Positions 60,953 through 64,000 of a stretch of 64,000 nt of DNA are shown here, piece by piece. The number at the start of each line of letters is the position of its first letter. The first letter of the stretch is position 1. Both the position numbers and the translations under genes were made by a program. The notes below the pieces were generated by a model. The model was not told the DNA's origin. It worked only from the letters and a program-made list of their open reading frames with translations, and made no database searches. The stretch spans positions 62,001-126,000 of the forward strand of contig NW_026576285.1 of assembly GCF_028641065.1 (NCBI RefSeq). The letters are read 5' to 3'. The stretch comes from Leucoraja erinacea (lineage: Eukaryota).

Positions 60953-63900
60953 ATCTATCTATCTATCTTATCTTTCTTATCTTATCTTTATATATATAAA
61001 ACTCAAATCAGTCCGCCTGCCGCCGTACGGCGTCCGCCGCGCGTTTCTTCCTTTGACGCTCCGCAACTCCGAAACCGGACGCAGGATCGCCGACGTCTTT
61101 TCCATTTCGGTAGAGATTTCGCTTTTCTTTCTAAGTATCCGCTCCTCGTTACATTTCGTCGTGTTTAAGTACGCTTTTTTAATCAAATCCTACACCCCCC
61201 CCCCCCCCCCCACCACCTCAATGTTTCAAAAAGAAACTGGATTCTCACCCACACAAGCAGCTCCCTGTGAACGTTCCATCGTGTGATGTCACAATGCCCG
61301 ATGCTCACAGATGGCCAATCGGAATGGATTCATTTACATATGCCTTTGCAGGAGCCACAGCCCCGGTGAACATTCCATCGTGTGATGTCACAATGCCCAA
61401 TGCTCAAATACATTGTTGCCATAGAGAACGCTCAGCGATTATTCAAATTCTTCACTAACTGTCATTTCTGATTTGCTTGTGAAGTGAAAAGTCCTGAATT
61501 GCATTTGTCTGATGCAGGAAGATTGTTCCAGATGTTGGGGAAGTCCAGGACACGCGGGACACAGTTTAAGGATAAAGGGGAAATCCTTTAGTACTGAGAT
61601 GAGGGAAACATTTTTCACACAGATAGTGGTGAGTCTCTGGAACTCTCTGCCACAGAAGGTAGTGGAGGCCAGTTCATTGGCTATATTTAAGAGGGAGTTA
61701 GATGTGGCCCTTGTGGCTAAAGGGATCAGGGGGTATGGAGAGGGGGGGAGCTGTGAGGGGGATGCTAGGAGACTGCAAGGTGACTTGGATAGGCTGGGTG
61801 AGTGGGCAAATGTTTGGCAGATGCAGTATAATGTGGATAAATGTGATGTTATCCATTTTGGTGGCAAAAACGGGAAAGCAGACTATTATCTGAATGGTGG
61901 CCGATTGGGAAAGGGGGAGATGCAGCGAGACCTGGGTGTCATGGTACACCAGTCATTGAAAGTAGGCATGCAGGTGCAGCAGGCAGTAAAGAAAGCGAAT
62001 GGTATGTTAGCTTTCATTGCAAAAGGATTTGAGTATAGGAGCAGGGAGGTTCTACTGCAGTTGTACAGGGTCTTGGTGAGACCACACCTGGAGTATTGCG
62101 TACAGTTTTGGTCTCCAAATCTGAGGAAGGACATTATTGCCATAGAGGGAGTGCAGAGACGGTTCACCAGACTGATTCCTGGGATGTCAGGACTGTCTTA
62201 TGAAGAAAGACTGGATAGACTTGGTTTATACTCTCTAGAATTTAGGAGACTGAGAGGGGATCTTATAGAAACTTACAAAATTCTTAAGGGGTTGGACAGG
62301 CTAGATGCAGGAAGATTGTTCCCGATGTTGGGGAAGTCCAGAACAGGGGGTCACAGTTTAAGGATAAGGGGGAAATCCTTTATGACCGAGATGAGAAGAA
62401 CTTTTTTCACACAGAGAATGGTGAATCTCTGGAACTCTCTGCCACAGAGGGTAGTTGAGGCCAGTTCATTGGCTATATTTAAGAGGGAGTTAGCTGTGGC
62501 CCTTGTGGCTAAGGGGATCAGGGGGTATGGAGAGAAGGCAGGTACGGGATACAGGTACGGGATACTGAGTTGGATGTTTCTATCAGCCGTGATCATATTG
62601 AATGGAGAATGGTGCAGGCTCGAAGGGCCGAATGGCCTACTACTGCACTTAATTTCTATGTTTCTATGTGTCCCTCTCCTCACCCCTCTCCCTCTGCCAC
62701 CCATCTCTCTCCCCCACCCCCCTTCCCTCTCTACCACCACCCCCACCCTCTCTACCACCACCCCTTCCCCCTACCCCTCTGTCCCTCTTCTACCACTCCC
62801 CCCCTCTACCCCTCCCTCCCTCCCCACTCTTCCACTTCTCTCCCACTCTCTCCTCCCCCACTCCTCCTCACCCCTCTCCCATCCCTCTCCCTCTCTCCCC
62901 CACCCCCTTCCCTCTCTACCCCACCCCCTACCTTCTCTCCCCCCACCCCTTCCCCTATCCCTCTGTCCCTCTTCCATCACTCCCGCTACCCCTCTCCTCC
63001 TCCCTCCCCCTCTTTCTCTTTCCCCTCTTTCCCCCCACCCCTCTCCCCCCATCCCCCCTCCCCCAAAGCTCTCTCCCCATCCCTCACCCCCTGCCCCGCT
63101 CCCCCTTTCCCTCCCAAATCTATCCCGTTTCCTCCTCCTCCCTCCCCTCTTCTCACCCCCCCCCCCGCAAACGCCGTTGGGGAAACAGACCATAGAGGGA
63201 GTACAGAGAAGGTTCACCAGACTGATTCCTGGGATGTCAGGACTTTCAAATGAAGAAAGACTGGATAGACTTGGCTTGTACTCGCTAGATTTTAGAAGAT
63301 TGAGGGGGGATCTTATAGAAACTTACAAAATTTTTAAGGGGTTGGACAGGCTAGATGCAGGAAGATTGTTCCAGATGTTGGGGAAGTCCAGAACAGGGGG
63401 TCACAGTTTAAGGATAAGGGGGAAATCCTTTATGACCGAGATGAGAAAAACATTTTTCACACAGAGAGTGGTGAATCTCTGGAATTCTCTGCCACAGAAG
63501 GTAGTTGAGGCAAGTTCATTGGCTATATTTAAGAGGGAGTTAGATGTGGCCCTTGTGGCTAAAGGGATCAGGGGGTATGGAGAGAAGGCAGGTACAGGAT
63601 ACTGAGTTGGATGATCATCCTTGATCATATTGAATGGTGGTGCAGGCTCGAAGGGCCGAATGGCCTACTACTGCACTTAATTTCTATGTTTCCCTCTCTT
63701 CACCCCTCTCCCTCTCCTCGCCCCTCACCCTCTCACCCCCTTCCCTCTCTACCCCACCCCCTACCCTCTCTCCCCCCTCCCCCTTCCCCCTACCCCTCTC
63801 CTCCTCCCTCTCACTCCCCACTCTTTACCGTCTCTCTCCACCCCTCTCCCCCCTCCTCCCCTCCCTCCCCATCCCCCCTCCCCCACACATCTCTCTCCCC

Positions 63901-64000
63901 ATCCCCCTCTCTCTCCCCCCCTACCCCGCTCTCCTTTCCCTCCCAAATCTGTCATGTTTCCTCCTCCTCCTCTCCCCTCCCTCCCCTCTTCTCACCCACC
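60953..64000 (+). mobile_element. Helitron-like / CR1-A composite elements in tandem, running off the window end
   Basis: 5' segment matches 53114 and 55345-55680; CR1-A pieces at ~61510-62660 and 63190-63690; C-rich tracts; half terminal hairpin at 63168-63191. Confidence 0.75.

Overview
Repeat-dense vertebrate genomic DNA. The repeat set (HE1-like SINEs, CR1, Rex/Babar, Penelope) points to a cartilaginous fish, probably a skate or ray (inference). The one host gene I can support is a complete five-exon MHC class I heavy-chain gene on the minus strand (37976-60053; leader, alpha1, alpha2, alpha3, fused TM/cytoplasmic exon; all phase-1 GT-AG introns; 363 aa). It looks non-classical: most peptide-anchoring residues are replaced, the groove is hydrophobic, alpha2 has extra cysteines, and the stop codon comes from an old CR1 LINE. 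Other content: (1) a very young but internally gutted endogenous retrovirus (576-6757; near-identical LTRs, 4-bp TSD, tRNA-Ser-like PBS); (2) head-to-tail non-autonomous Helitron-like elements, some carrying a fixed CR1 3' fragment as cargo; (3) Penelope-derived short repeats with hammerhead-ribozyme-like cores; (4) a hAT-type MITE; (5) L1, Rex/Babar and two CR1 families with nested insertions; (6) a ~570-bp local duplication; (7) a 138-nt assembly gap. All calls were made by eye, without alignments or database searches; repeat boundaries are approximate unless a TSD or terminus is cited.
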